In this document: one piece after another, positions 14,093 through 24,392 of the stretch | Position numbering within the stretch: position 1 is the first letter of the stretch | Layout: each line of letters begins with the position of its first letter | Origin: Lingula anatina | Lineage: Eukaryota > Animalia > Brachiopoda | Length of the DNA stretch: 64,000 nt | Direction: 5' to 3' | Assembly (NCBI GenBank): GCA_051362555.1 | Contig: CM120646.1 | Location: forward strand, 15,438,001-15,502,000 | Notes under the pieces: model-generated | What the model was told of the DNA's origin: nothing | The model's input: only the letters and a program-made list of their open reading frames with translations | Database searches by the model: none | Translations under genes and position numbers: made by a program

Positions 14093-16153
14093 AATTTCTT
14101 CCATTCTGAGATTCTGAACATAGTGAATGATTGAATCTGACAAACTGCAATGATATGAGTTTATTTCAATTTTTGAAAATTTATTTCACAATACACGATA
14201 ACAAGTTTACCATAATATATATATAATATATTTTTTTATTTAGACTCGGCTGTCGTACTAACTGCATTACAGACCCTGGGCATTTTGCTAATTGAAAATT
14301 GAAAGCTTTATAGTAGTCATATATCTGTCAAGAATGAATAAGGGTAAGCAAGATGGCAATTTAGCTGTAGATAAATACTCACATAACTAATTGGTGAGGT
14401 CATTTTAGAGCATTTATTTTCTAAGATACCAAAATAAAGAAAGATGACATTATAACAAGCTAATATATTACTATTAGGCTGTATTCACATGCAAAATTTA
14501 AAAAATCCATTGGTGGTATCTAGTGTTCACGGTATGTTTACTCTGTAGCGATATTAATTAGCAGCGTGAGCTAGTCATTTCCAAAGCTGTAATTAATTTG
14601 TGCTGCTAGTTATTTATGCCATGGGGTATTCAGCATTAAAACAATAAAGTATAAAATGTACAGCTTGAACATAATGAATAAATGACTCTTAGAATACAGA
14701 GCATTTGTAAATATGACCAGTATGGAATGTGCTAGACCAGAACTGCATGTCTGCAACAAAACCAGGGGTACATATTAGCCATGAAAAATAACATTTTGTT
14801 CATTTCTAAGACAAATATTTTTTACATATCTTTTTTACTTTCAATTTTATAAAACTAACTGTATTCACAAAATAAGAAATGATAGGAGAAACTCTGTTTT
14901 GCTATGCTCCATAAAATACAATTCAACTCATTCAATAGCCATACAGATTTCTTAAAAAATCTTTTTCTGACATTTTTTTGCTACCAACATTTAAATAGTC
15001 AAAATGAATAAACTTGAATAATTTACTCTAAATTGTCTTCTCTATCAGAGGTACAAAACTGTACATGACATTGTTTTTTGTTCAAGTATACTGAGTGTTC
15101 TTCAGTGTGAAGAATGAACATTTCAACTTCACAAATAACACATCTCCAACAGTGTCAATTATATTATAACATTTATTGTTCTTTCCTCATACTATGAGTA
15201 AGAAGAGAAATCCTATGCTTGAGCCCAGTCTTGTTTCCATAAACCCCATGGAAAGAAGTTACAAGTGAACATTAATCTTCTCCAAGTAGGTGGTATTTTC
15301 CTTTCTGAAATTAAGAAATATATGTAACATGACATGTTAATCTCATAAAGATTTGTCACTGCTCAATTTGGTTGGTTTTTTTTAATGGGTTTGGTACACT
15401 GAAATTGACTAGACAGCAAAGCTGGCAAAGTAGCAAGTGATCCAGTTTTAAGGGATATATAAGCCACTGAAAATGTCAATGTGTGGAAAAAAAATGATAT
15501 AAAAATAATGACTGCTGTAAATTGTTAACTGATCATGCTGATTTTAAAAAGCAACCTGTTTCTTTACCAAACAAATGTACTTCTTAAAATGATAGTGAAA
15601 CAAGAATATGGTTTGGTAGGTATGGGGCAAAGGACACCAGCCAAGTCTATCTCCTTTTTTATTATGCCATGTTTTAAGTTAAAAGGGAAAGATGGTATTT
15701 CTTCTTGAACTATAACTGTCTTTAATATGATGATTATGTTCTTGCTTTCGTCATTTATGTAAAATATTATATATAAATATATATTTAACAATATAATATG
15801 TAAAATTTTATAAAAGTAAAGAAGAGCACAATAATGTGTGAAAATGTATGAGTAATCATGTAACTTAGAATTGAAAGAAATAAATAATTCGGTAAACAAA
15901 TATCATTGGTCAATTTCAAGTATTATGAAGTTGAAGAAATGGGTGTGACATTATTTTTCCACATGTATAGGTAAAAGTAAATAACTTTTTAAAGAAGGGG
16001 TAAATTCGTAAGGTTTTGTTAATGTTTTTTCTTTCTTTTTTGAAGTGTTATTCTCTGAAACTTCTGCACATGTGTTTAGCTATATATGTGGTTGGAAGTA
16101 CATAGGTTAAATGAAATTTGGAAACAATCTGTCTTATAATCTGTAATATAAAT

Positions 16154-19100
16154 TTAAAGACAATTTTTGGGAAAAGACAAACAGACTGGAAAGTGATCAC
16201 CAAAATAAGTGGGCAAAACTATAAGTTTAAGATCTGTATGATTAAAGTTTGTGAAGACGAGATCTAAGGCCGAGTCATAATTGGTAGTTGGAGTTGTGAC
16301 ATGTTGTGTAAACATAAGGTCTTGGCACATCATTTTTCTGAGAGCATTTGCATTGTTTTTATGGAGCCAGTTGACATTAAAGTCACCTATAATAACACAT
16401 TTGTCTGTCTTATCAATAGTGTCAAGAATATTTCTCAAAGCCTCAAGAAGTACCTGCATTTTACCATGAGGAGGTCGGTAAATTGTGATGACAACTAAGT
16501 CAGGAAACTGATCCAACCGTGTGACAGTAATCTCAATTCCAGAGAAATTGCAATTTTTTGGAAAATTCTCTGCATATCTATGGTGACTGTAGATAGCAGT
16601 ACCATGCTGTCTATGAAGAGTACTATCATTTCTGTGAAGATATTTATCTTTTAGCTGGTATTTTGTATTTAGGTCTTTAATTGCAAATCTGGTCTCAGTG
16701 AAAGCACATACATCTGCTTTCGCTACATCAAGATTCTCTCTGATATCATCAATGTATTTGTGAAGAGAACAGCAATTCCAATGGATTATTTTGAAGTGGT
16801 CATCTGGTTGTTCAAATAGAAATGATATTGATTTAACAAGCTGTGCTTCTTGCCTTAAACGTTTCATTTCTTGTTTAACTTTGTCAGAAATGCATATTTT
16901 ACTGGCATTTAATTCCAAAATATGCAACCCTTCTAATTTTTCTACTCGACTAAGTGCAACATTATGCATGTGCTCATTTTTTCTGCCGCTGAGATCTACA
17001 ACTAATTCTTTCAATGTGTCACCTTGACATCTGTGTATAGTTTTTGCAGCAGACAACTGCAGTGGGAATTGTTTTCTTACAACTTGATACTGTCCTGTTT
17101 TTCCCAGGTGAAATTGTCTTTTAACAGGAAAGATAGGTGTCCATGTTTTTGAAATTTTGCTATTATATAATGGTTTGTTCATTCTTCTGACATTTTTGCC
17201 AATGTCCTCTGCATCAAATTGTACCCAAATTAATTGTCTGTCTAAATCTACCAGTTTCACAACATTTGGTGCACCATTAGTAATGCCATCTTCTGTGTCA
17301 ACATTTAGGACAACTTCAGTTCTTTCCCCAACTGCAATATGCAGAATCCTTCGTAAATTCATGGTTTTTTTATGATCCAATGGAATTTGCTTTCTGATGT
17401 TGTTTTCTAAATGTTTTGGTACAGGCCCAGTGATAGTATCAGTGGCTGCAATTTGAAATTTTTCTCCTTTCGCATTTTGATAACTGGCATGATTGAAATT
17501 TTCTACCAGAGAATTTGTTTGGAAAACATGTAGTAATGGTTGTTGGCTAGTTTTTGATTGATCAAGTTGACGTTCACTTAGAACTTTTATGTCTTTGTCT
17601 GTGTGATGTCCTTCTCTAAGCCTATTTAAAATTTCTGCAAACTCTTTACTGTCTTTCTGACGCATAATCTCAGTCAGTTCATACATGTGAAAATGTTTCT
17701 GCCACAAATTAGTAGCTAATGGATAATAGTCATTGTTTGGATTTTCAAATATCCAGTTATCAAACACAGGCTTCAGTTGAAATAGGTCACCTATAGCCAC
17801 AATGCTAACACCTCCAAACAATCTGTCATTGTTTTTTAGTTCTTTTAACCGTTCATTGATGAAACTTAACATTTTACTCCCAACCATTGAAACTTCATCA
17901 ATAAAGAGAACTTTAAGTGATCCAAGTTTGTATCTGAAACTGTTTAACACATCAGCACTGAGTCTTTTATATTTGAGACTCTGATTTGCAGGAATTTTCA
18001 GTAAACTGTGAATTGTGTGGCCACCAATATTATACGCAGCTTTTCCTGTAGGAGCAATCAAAGCAACTCTAATTGTCCGGAAGTCTTCACCAGGTAAACT
18101 TGACAAGTACTTTAAAATACCTTGATACAGAGCACGAGTGACAAATGATTTCCCCACACCAGCACCTCCAGACAGGAATATGTGAAATGGATCAGAATTG
18201 GATTTGATTAAATGTAAAACATGATGGAAAAACTCTAACTGTTGTCTGTTCATGTTTCTAATCATTTTAAAGTAACTGATATCAGGTATTTCTTTATTAA
18301 CAATTTCTTCTTCAGTGCAACTTTTGGCAGATACATGTATACCCAAATCTTCTGCTAAGTCATAGGACAGACCAACAGAAGATTGTACCACATCACTAGG
18401 TTCACACTGATCAGCTTCATTTTGACATTCAGTATTTGGTGCAACAGTGGCCCACATATCTTCATCTTCACTATCCATGTTATTTAGATCTTCCATTGCT
18501 CTGTGCAATTCATCTTTAGCTGGAGAATACATTCTCTGTTGTTCCCTAATCTCATTTTCTAAATGTTGACATCTCTGTTCATAACTTTCAAAATTTTGCA
18601 AAATGTCAGATTCTTCATTTCTCCATGGAATATACAACATCAATAGCTCACGGTAATGCTTTTCAGGATATAAACTCTCACTGAACCAAACACTGCGAAT
18701 AATTTTTGCTTTTTTTCTTTTAATAATGTCTGTTTCACATGGAATATCATGAATATCATCCTCAAAATTTTCAAGGTCATGCTTTTCCAATGGCATACCA
18801 TCTGTATCTAATATTCTAGAAGATCTTTTTTTGCTTCCGCCAATAATGTTCAAATTGTTGTCATAATATGCAGCAAAATCTGCAAGGGAAATATTGTCCA
18901 AGGAAGGTAAGCGCCTGCTATAACGTTTCAAAAGATTGCTGGACTCAATATTGTCAGATTCATCTTCTAATTCTTTTATTTCTTCCAGTGGCTTAAGTAA
19001 TCGTACTCTGTCTTCAGGGGGTGTAGTGTTAATGAATACAAATGATCGAGAAGCTCTTCTCATGGGTAACTGTAAAGTGATGTAGGAAGCTTCTTGAGCA

Positions 19101-20140
19101 GAAATTTCAACATTATTAAGAAATTTGTTTCCAATGTGACGGACTTGCTGTTTTATGTCACTGTTACCTTCTCTAGCTTCTTTGCAAGCTTGATAAAGTA
19201 AATCTGACATGCCTCTTTGTCCTTTAGAAATGTAATTTACAATATATGTTGCACAAGCATAGATGTCTAAAACAAACTGAATATCCATATTTGCTCTCCA
19301 TGCTTGTAAACATGACCTGGAATAATTGTTTATCCAAATTTCACAGGGCAGTCTTTTTAAGAACAAAGTATCAGTTTTGATTGTAGATCTCACTGCCAAA
19401 ATGTAATCTTCTTCTGAGACTTGTACTTTATTTAAAAATTCTTCAAATGTTAGACTAACACATGTAAAATTTTTGTCATTTATAATATTATGAATCTTTG
19501 TCCAAACTTGTGCATATTCTTTCTTCTGTGAAGTATCTTCAAGGGGTTTCAGAATAATACTTTTTTTCATCGGAGGCTGTGGAAAATGGAATCTGCAAGA
19601 TTTTTTCAAATTCTTTATACATGTCCTTGTATGTTTGTGTGTCTGATAAGATACAAGTTCTTTTATTGGATCATCTTCATTTGGTTTGCTACAGCAAATT
19701 GTGCTATCAACAAATTGTATGATGTCTTCATTAGAATTGACACCATAAATAGGTGCATTTTCTATCCAAAGCAGCATGTGAATATGTGGACTACCTCTGT
19801 GTTGAAATTCTACACGGTAAAAAAAATCTTGTATTTTACCTAATGGTGCTACTTTGTGGCACAAAAAGTGATGTATCAAACACTGGACTTGATAATCAAA
19901 ATGCCGTGCACAAGTAATGGGATCACTCTGAATCAAGCGACATTTTTCATCCCAGCTTAGCTGTTCTAACTCTGATTCTGAGTAATGTCTATTATCTACT
20001 AATTGACCAAGAGTTCCAAGTAAATGATTCCATTTTGTTTCAGCAGAAGAAAAACTGCAGAAAAAAGTTGCTGCTCCTAGCTGACGTATCATTGCAAATA
20101 AATCTTTTTTTGCTTTCTCAAAATATGGGGGGGGAACCAC
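16154..20140 (-). CDS. Helentron transposase C-terminal part: HUH Rep, PIF1-family SF1 helicase, AP-like (EEP) endonuclease
   Basis: 1328-aa ORF. VEFQHRGSPHIH (HUH); YIVNYISK (Y2); GGAGVGKS, IDEVSMV, GDLFQL, TIHRCQGDTL, VALSRV (helicase motifs); WNCCSL, TET, YRPP, GDFN, LDLVF, GDHFPV (EEP motifs). Confidence 0.95.
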   Translation of the reverse strand: MVPPPYFEKAKKDLFAMIRQLGAATFFCSFSSAETKWNHLLGTLGQLVDNRHYSESELEQLSWDEKCRLIQSDPITCARHFDYQVQCLIHHFLCHKVAPLGKIQDFFYRVEFQHRGSPHIHMLLWIENAPIYGVNSNEDIIQFVDSTICCSKPNEDDPIKELVSYQTHKHTRTCIKNLKKSCRFHFPQPPMKKSIILKPLEDTSQKKEYAQVWTKIHNIINDKNFTCVSLTFEEFLNKVQVSEEDYILAVRSTIKTDTLFLKRLPCEIWINNYSRSCLQAWRANMDIQFVLDIYACATYIVNYISKGQRGMSDLLYQACKEAREGNSDIKQQVRHIGNKFLNNVEISAQEASYITLQLPMRRASRSFVFINTTPPEDRVRLLKPLEEIKELEDESDNIESSNLLKRYSRRLPSLDNISLADFAAYYDNNLNIIGGSKKRSSRILDTDGMPLEKHDLENFEDDIHDIPCETDIIKRKKAKIIRSVWFSESLYPEKHYRELLMLYIPWRNEESDILQNFESYEQRCQHLENEIREQQRMYSPAKDELHRAMEDLNNMDSEDEDMWATVAPNTECQNEADQCEPSDVVQSSVGLSYDLAEDLGIHVSAKSCTEEEIVNKEIPDISYFKMIRNMNRQQLEFFHHVLHLIKSNSDPFHIFLSGGAGVGKSFVTRALYQGILKYLSSLPGEDFRTIRVALIAPTGKAAYNIGGHTIHSLLKIPANQSLKYKRLSADVLNSFRYKLGSLKVLFIDEVSMVGSKMLSFINERLKELKNNDRLFGGVSIVAIGDLFQLKPVFDNWIFENPNNDYYPLATNLWQKHFHMYELTEIMRQKDSKEFAEILNRLREGHHTDKDIKVLSERQLDQSKTSQQPLLHVFQTNSLVENFNHASYQNAKGEKFQIAATDTITGPVPKHLENNIRKQIPLDHKKTMNLRRILHIAVGERTEVVLNVDTEDGITNGAPNVVKLVDLDRQLIWVQFDAEDIGKNVRRMNKPLYNSKISKTWTPIFPVKRQFHLGKTGQYQVVRKQFPLQLSAAKTIHRCQGDTLKELVVDLSGRKNEHMHNVALSRVEKLEGLHILELNASKICISDKVKQEMKRLRQEAQLVKSISFLFEQPDDHFKIIHWNCCSLHKYIDDIRENLDVAKADVCAFTETRFAIKDLNTKYQLKDKYLHRNDSTLHRQHGTAIYSHHRYAENFPKNCNFSGIEITVTRLDQFPDLVVITIYRPPHGKMQVLLEALRNILDTIDKTDKCVIIGDFNVNWLHKNNANALRKMMCQDLMFTQHVTTPTTNYDSALDLVFTNFNHTDLKLIVLPTYFGDHFPVCLSFPKNCL

Positions 20141-23100
20141 GTACTCCTTTTAGGAATGTATAACCTTCATCAAAATGTAAAAGTTTCTCAATGGCTCCAG
20201 ACTGTTTCAAATCTCCTGCAGTGAGTTTCTTTCCACTAGTTTTATGTTTTCTTACAGCAAGAGAAGCTGACCCAATCAATCTTTTCATCTGTAGTTTTTT
20301 TGCTTTAAAAAATATGTTGTCAACACACATTGCTGCTCTTCTGTCATTGCGTCTTAATTCCGACTTGCAAATGTCACTGTAGTGTACAGGGACAAGTCTG
20401 TTTTGATTTGCAGGCCTTGCATTGCCAAGAAATATTTCAGGAAAAGCCAATTCCTCACAGTGTTCATCTCTGAATATGCTGAGTGGATGACCTTCTTGGC
20501 CAGGTGCAAAAGAATAAATTTTCTCTCTCTCTGTGTCTTCTAAGAAGTCTCTACCTGTTAACATTGTATCTCTTATACCAGGTTTCATTTCTTCCTCATC
20601 AATTTCGTCCCAATCTGTAGTATCATTTTCCTGTAAGTATTTACTTATATCTGATTTAGCTCGTGTTACCTGCTTTGTTTGCAGCAAGTTCTTGTATATG
20701 CTATCAGCAGACAATGATGAGTCGCATACACTCTGCACGATATCATAGTGATCAGAGTTTGTATTTTGTAGGTAAATAGCTGTCTCGTGTGAATGATTGT
20801 TCTGGTCAAGAAAGTTAGCAGAATACTTTAACCATTTCCAAGAGTCACCAGGCTTGCAGTAGACATAGATGTCCGTTTGTAGCAGATGTGCTGCAGCAAG
20901 TATTTCTGTTTCAGTACCCCAAACATTTACACTATCCATGCGGGTTCGTCTAATATAATTTGCTGAGGTGCTGTCATTATCGCCTAACATACTACTTGCA
21001 AAAGCATACTCAAGCTGCTTCATATGACTGACGATTTTGTTTCTAAGTATAATGTGATTATTATCATACAACATGTCAGAACCAGTGATGGTAAAAGACA
21101 AACTTCGAAAAAAACAATTACCATCTCCAATAACTTTCTTCAACTGCCTAGGATTTGTCAAGAGAATATCACTACCAGTTTCAGGCCAATTGTGTGGACG
21201 CTTTAATGGTAAGTTTAGTTTCTTGGTTATTTTCTCTTGCCAGAGGGCATCTACAGGCATAAAATGGAATGAAGTATTGTCAGTCCGTATGTGTTGTACC
21301 TCATTTTCAGATTCACAATATGTAGGTAATAAATGTCTTTGCTGTAAGTATGATAACTCCTTTTGCAAGTATGAAACATTTCTTACTCTGTGTCGAATTT
21401 TTTTTACAGTTCTGAAGTATCTTGAGTACCATGTTCTTCCTTGTTTTTTTCTTTTAAACAAGCCATAATAACTCAGTTTCAAATGCTTATATTTTCTTAG
21501 AATATGGTGGCGCTTATAAGCAATGAGTTTTTCAATTCGTTCTCTACTAGAAGCTCTGATTGTATTTATCTTCTTGCGATATCTTGATCTGCCTCTCTCT
21601 TGTGATTTGAATGCAGGTACACCAAAAATGTGTGGTTGTTTTGAAAAACCAGCACCTTTTCTTTCACTCTGAATAGTAGCCACAAATTTGTCAACATCAA
21701 CAGATGGATCATATTTATAAGGCTTGTCTAAAATGACATAGAATTCATCTGCAAAATCACCATCCTGATCCATAAGATGCCCTTCTTCAGAAAATTGAAT
21801 GTTTTTACAACTAGCAGGGCATTCAACACAAACATATTCTTTCAGTAAGTTTTGTATTTGTTCCTCACGCAAGTTATAAATAGTTGTATGCTCTTTTTTT
21901 GTTTGTTCAAATGTGTCAGATCTGCAGGGATTTTCTTCTAATTTCCATGTTGTGTCTACAGTTATTCCCTTTTCTTGATATAATTTTCCATTTGCAGTTA
22001 ACCAAGCTGCAGCTTCAAGTACTTTGTTAGGTCTTACATTCTGAGCATATGCATAATTTTTAAATTTCACATTTCTTTTGAGCTGAACTTTAATTGTAGA
22101 GCTATCTGCCTCAGTTCTTGGTAACTTTGTTACAGTGGATGTAACATCTGCTGGTATATTTACAACATTTCCTTCTAATTTGTATTGTTTTCCACGAGGA
22201 GCTTGTTGAAGCTTCATGAAAACTAACCTTGGGCTAGTTAATCTCCACTCTAAAGGTTTTAAATCCAAGAAGCTGGGTTTTTCTGGAAACGACAGGCCAT
22301 TCACCATAGCGCATGGAGGAATTTTGTTCTTTTTCAAATGAGAAGAGCATGTTAAACATATCCAATTACTGTCAAATAAATCACCAGTTTCTTTGCAATG
22401 TTTAACTGCATTATTTTCTAAATTCATGATAGACTCTGAATTTATCACAGTATGCCTGTACCAAAGTTGTTGACATATACAACATGTGTAAATACAACCT
22501 TCAGCAACTTTTTTGTGGAATTGTTGTATTAACTGTTGAAGATTAGTATTGATTTTCTGCCTCTTATTACGTTTAGCAAATGAATCAGATTTTTTTTCAT
22601 GTTTTCTGAATTCGGGATCAGATCTTTTTAACCTTTTATTACTTCTCTCAGTTACTTTGTAATAAGGATCAGACCTTTTCAAGTGCTTGTGCTTCAGAAT
22701 TTTGGTCTTCATATCAGACTGAGAGCGTTTTAGTCGCTGAGATTCTTGTTCCTTTTTCCTATACTGTGGATCTGCCCTTTTCAACTGTTTGTGCTTTAAA
22801 ATTTTGCTCTTCTCATCGACCTGAGAACGTTTTAGTCTCTGAGATTCTTGTTCGCGCTTTCTGAACTGTGGATCAGACCTTTTCAACTGATTGTACTTTA
22901 AAATTTTGCTCTTCTCATCGACCTGAGAGCGTTTTAGTCTCTTAGATTCTTGTTCGTGCTTTCTGAACTGTGGATCAGACCTTTTCAACCGATTGTACTT
23001 TAAAATTTTGCTCTTCTCATTGACCTGAGAGCGTTTTAGTCTCTGAGATTCTTGTTCGCACTTCCTGAACTGTGGATCAGACCTTTTCAACTGATTGTAC

Positions 23101-24392
23101 TTTAAAATTTTGCTCTTCTCATCGACCTGAGAGCGTTTTAGTCTCTGAGATTCTTGTTCGCGCTTCCTGAACTGTGGATCAGACCTTTTCAACTGATTGT
23201 ACTTTAAAATTTTCCTCTTCTCATCGACCTGAGAGCGTTTTAGTCTCTGAGATTCTTGTTCGCGCTTCCTGAACTGTGGATCAGACCTTTTCAACTGTTT
23301 GTGCTTTAGAATTTTGCTCTTTTCATCAACCTGAGAACGTTTTAATCTCTGAGCATTTTGTTCGGCTTTCCTGTACTGTGGATCAGATCTAAGAAGTTGC
23401 ATCCTGATTTTATTTTTCTCTCTTTTCAAAATATTTCTGTCAGTGCTACTGGTTCCCGTAAGTGAGGTATCCAAAAGAGTTTTATTCACTGCGTCAATTT
23501 TGCTTTGTTGTTTGTCTTCTGTCCATTTTAACTGCCTCTTCATTTCATCATGTAGTCTTTTTAAATGGGGTTTGTGCAAATTTGTTTTATCAAAAATGGA
23601 TGAAATAGAATCAGAGGTAATGGTATTACCAGTGTGTTTTGTTAATGGTACCTTCTTCATTGAACCCACTTTTGAATATTGAACACTTTTTTCCACAGGT
23701 TTTAAGGATGTTTTTAATGTAACCATATTGGGTTCATTTTTTTGAATTTCAGGAAAAACTACTGATTCTTTCTTTAATTTGTGGGGTACCGATGATAGCT
23801 TTGGGTTGACTGGCATGTTAGATTTTACAGACTTATCTGATGGTGAAAAATGGTCTGAATATATTATAGACTTACTTGAATGACCAGGGGCATCAGTGGC
23901 ACTCAAACTGACAGGATAGGCTGTGTCAACTGTAGCATCTGTCTTGTCTGAAGCATCTGTATAAGCTGCATGAACAGTAACATCTGAAGCAATGGGAATG
24001 TCAGTGTGTTCAGGAAATTCAGTGTTTTCAATAACTGCATTATTTTCACTTTTTTCAGTGTTTTCAGTAATTTCACTGTTTTTTTCAGTAATTTGTGTAA
24101 TCTCAGTATTTTCAGTAATTTCATTGCTTTTTTCAGTATTTTCACTGCTTCTATCAGTAATTTCACTGCGTCTATCAGTAATTTCACTGCTTCTATCAGT
24201 AATATCAGTAATTTCACTGCTTCTATCAGTAATTTCACAGTTTTTCACAGAGCCCACCGAGGTGGGCGTGCCTGCCGAAGCAGGCACAATAGTAGACGTG
24301 GCATCCTTAGTCACCCTCTTGCGACTTTTCTTGATCATCTTCTTCTGATGTGCCCTTCTTTGGACCATGCTTTGTTTTTTCAACCTAGGCAT
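20118..24392 (-). CDS. Helentron transposase N-terminal part: low-complexity and basic repeats, Cys zinc finger, OTU-like cysteine protease, start of Rep
   Basis: 1424-aa ORF. CCICQQLWY...WICLTC zinc motif; GNVVNIPAD...QNVRPNKV (Helitron DUF6570-like region); GDGNCFFRSLS...WGTETEILAAAHLL...HYD (OTU); APGQEGHPLSIFRDEHCEELAFP. The ATG is directly preceded by a splice acceptor (tttctAG|ATG). Confidence 0.9.
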   Translation of the reverse strand: MPRLKKQSMVQRRAHQKKMIKKSRKRVTKDATSTIVPASAGTPTSVGSVKNCEITDRSSEITDITDRSSEITDRRSEITDRSSENTEKSNEITENTEITQITEKNSEITENTEKSENNAVIENTEFPEHTDIPIASDVTVHAAYTDASDKTDATVDTAYPVSLSATDAPGHSSKSIIYSDHFSPSDKSVKSNMPVNPKLSSVPHKLKKESVVFPEIQKNEPNMVTLKTSLKPVEKSVQYSKVGSMKKVPLTKHTGNTITSDSISSIFDKTNLHKPHLKRLHDEMKRQLKWTEDKQQSKIDAVNKTLLDTSLTGTSSTDRNILKREKNKIRMQLLRSDPQYRKAEQNAQRLKRSQVDEKSKILKHKQLKRSDPQFRKREQESQRLKRSQVDEKRKILKYNQLKRSDPQFRKREQESQRLKRSQVDEKSKILKYNQLKRSDPQFRKCEQESQRLKRSQVNEKSKILKYNRLKRSDPQFRKHEQESKRLKRSQVDEKSKILKYNQLKRSDPQFRKREQESQRLKRSQVDEKSKILKHKQLKRADPQYRKKEQESQRLKRSQSDMKTKILKHKHLKRSDPYYKVTERSNKRLKRSDPEFRKHEKKSDSFAKRNKRQKINTNLQQLIQQFHKKVAEGCIYTCCICQQLWYRHTVINSESIMNLENNAVKHCKETGDLFDSNWICLTCSSHLKKNKIPPCAMVNGLSFPEKPSFLDLKPLEWRLTSPRLVFMKLQQAPRGKQYKLEGNVVNIPADVTSTVTKLPRTEADSSTIKVQLKRNVKFKNYAYAQNVRPNKVLEAAAWLTANGKLYQEKGITVDTTWKLEENPCRSDTFEQTKKEHTTIYNLREEQIQNLLKEYVCVECPASCKNIQFSEEGHLMDQDGDFADEFYVILDKPYKYDPSVDVDKFVATIQSERKGAGFSKQPHIFGVPAFKSQERGRSRYRKKINTIRASSRERIEKLIAYKRHHILRKYKHLKLSYYGLFKRKKQGRTWYSRYFRTVKKIRHRVRNVSYLQKELSYLQQRHLLPTYCESENEVQHIRTDNTSFHFMPVDALWQEKITKKLNLPLKRPHNWPETGSDILLTNPRQLKKVIGDGNCFFRSLSFTITGSDMLYDNNHIILRNKIVSHMKQLEYAFASSMLGDNDSTSANYIRRTRMDSVNVWGTETEILAAAHLLQTDIYVYCKPGDSWKWLKYSANFLDQNNHSHETAIYLQNTNSDHYDIVQSVCDSSLSADSIYKNLLQTKQVTRAKSDISKYLQENDTTDWDEIDEEEMKPGIRDTMLTGRDFLEDTEREKIYSFAPGQEGHPLSIFRDEHCEELAFPEIFLGNARPANQNRLVPVHYSDICKSELRRNDRRAAMCVDNIFFKAKKLQMKRLIGSASLAVRKHKTSGKKLTAGDLKQSGAIEKLLHFDEGYTFLKGVRGSPPIF
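22578..23393 (-). repeat. Coding tandem repeat, 102-bp unit (2 x 17 aa), ~8 units
   Basis: KRSDPQFRKREQESQRL alternates with KRSQVDEKSKILKYNQL. The DNA motif tgagagcgttttagtctct recurs at 22924, 23026, 23128 and 23230. Confidence 0.95.

Larger units (their letters stand above)
11397..14216 (-). mobile_element. HINE 3' half (3' stem-loop terminus at 11397), interrupted by a Kolobok-like element and a palindromic insert
   Basis: aaacaaggcagcaaagctgtcaaatgtacagac terminus. Colinear with 39774-40903 once the insertions are removed. Confidence 0.8.
16154..24392 (-). mobile_element. Helentron / Helitron2-type autonomous coding region (Rep-helicase-endonuclease with OTU), single frameshift
   Basis: Two overlapping ORFs join at RGSPP|YFEKAKKDLFAMIRQLG if one C is removed from the C8 run at 20127-20134. 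Merged protein is ~2750 aa. Confidence 0.95.

Noticed and set aside
16154-16800. Endonuclease as a separate LINE insertion
   Set aside because: It is in frame with the helicase and there is no reverse transcriptase; this fusion defines Helentrons.
22578-23393. Regular repeats resembling a CRISPR array
   Set aside because: Contiguous in-frame coding repeats without unique spacers; eukaryotic context, no cas genes.
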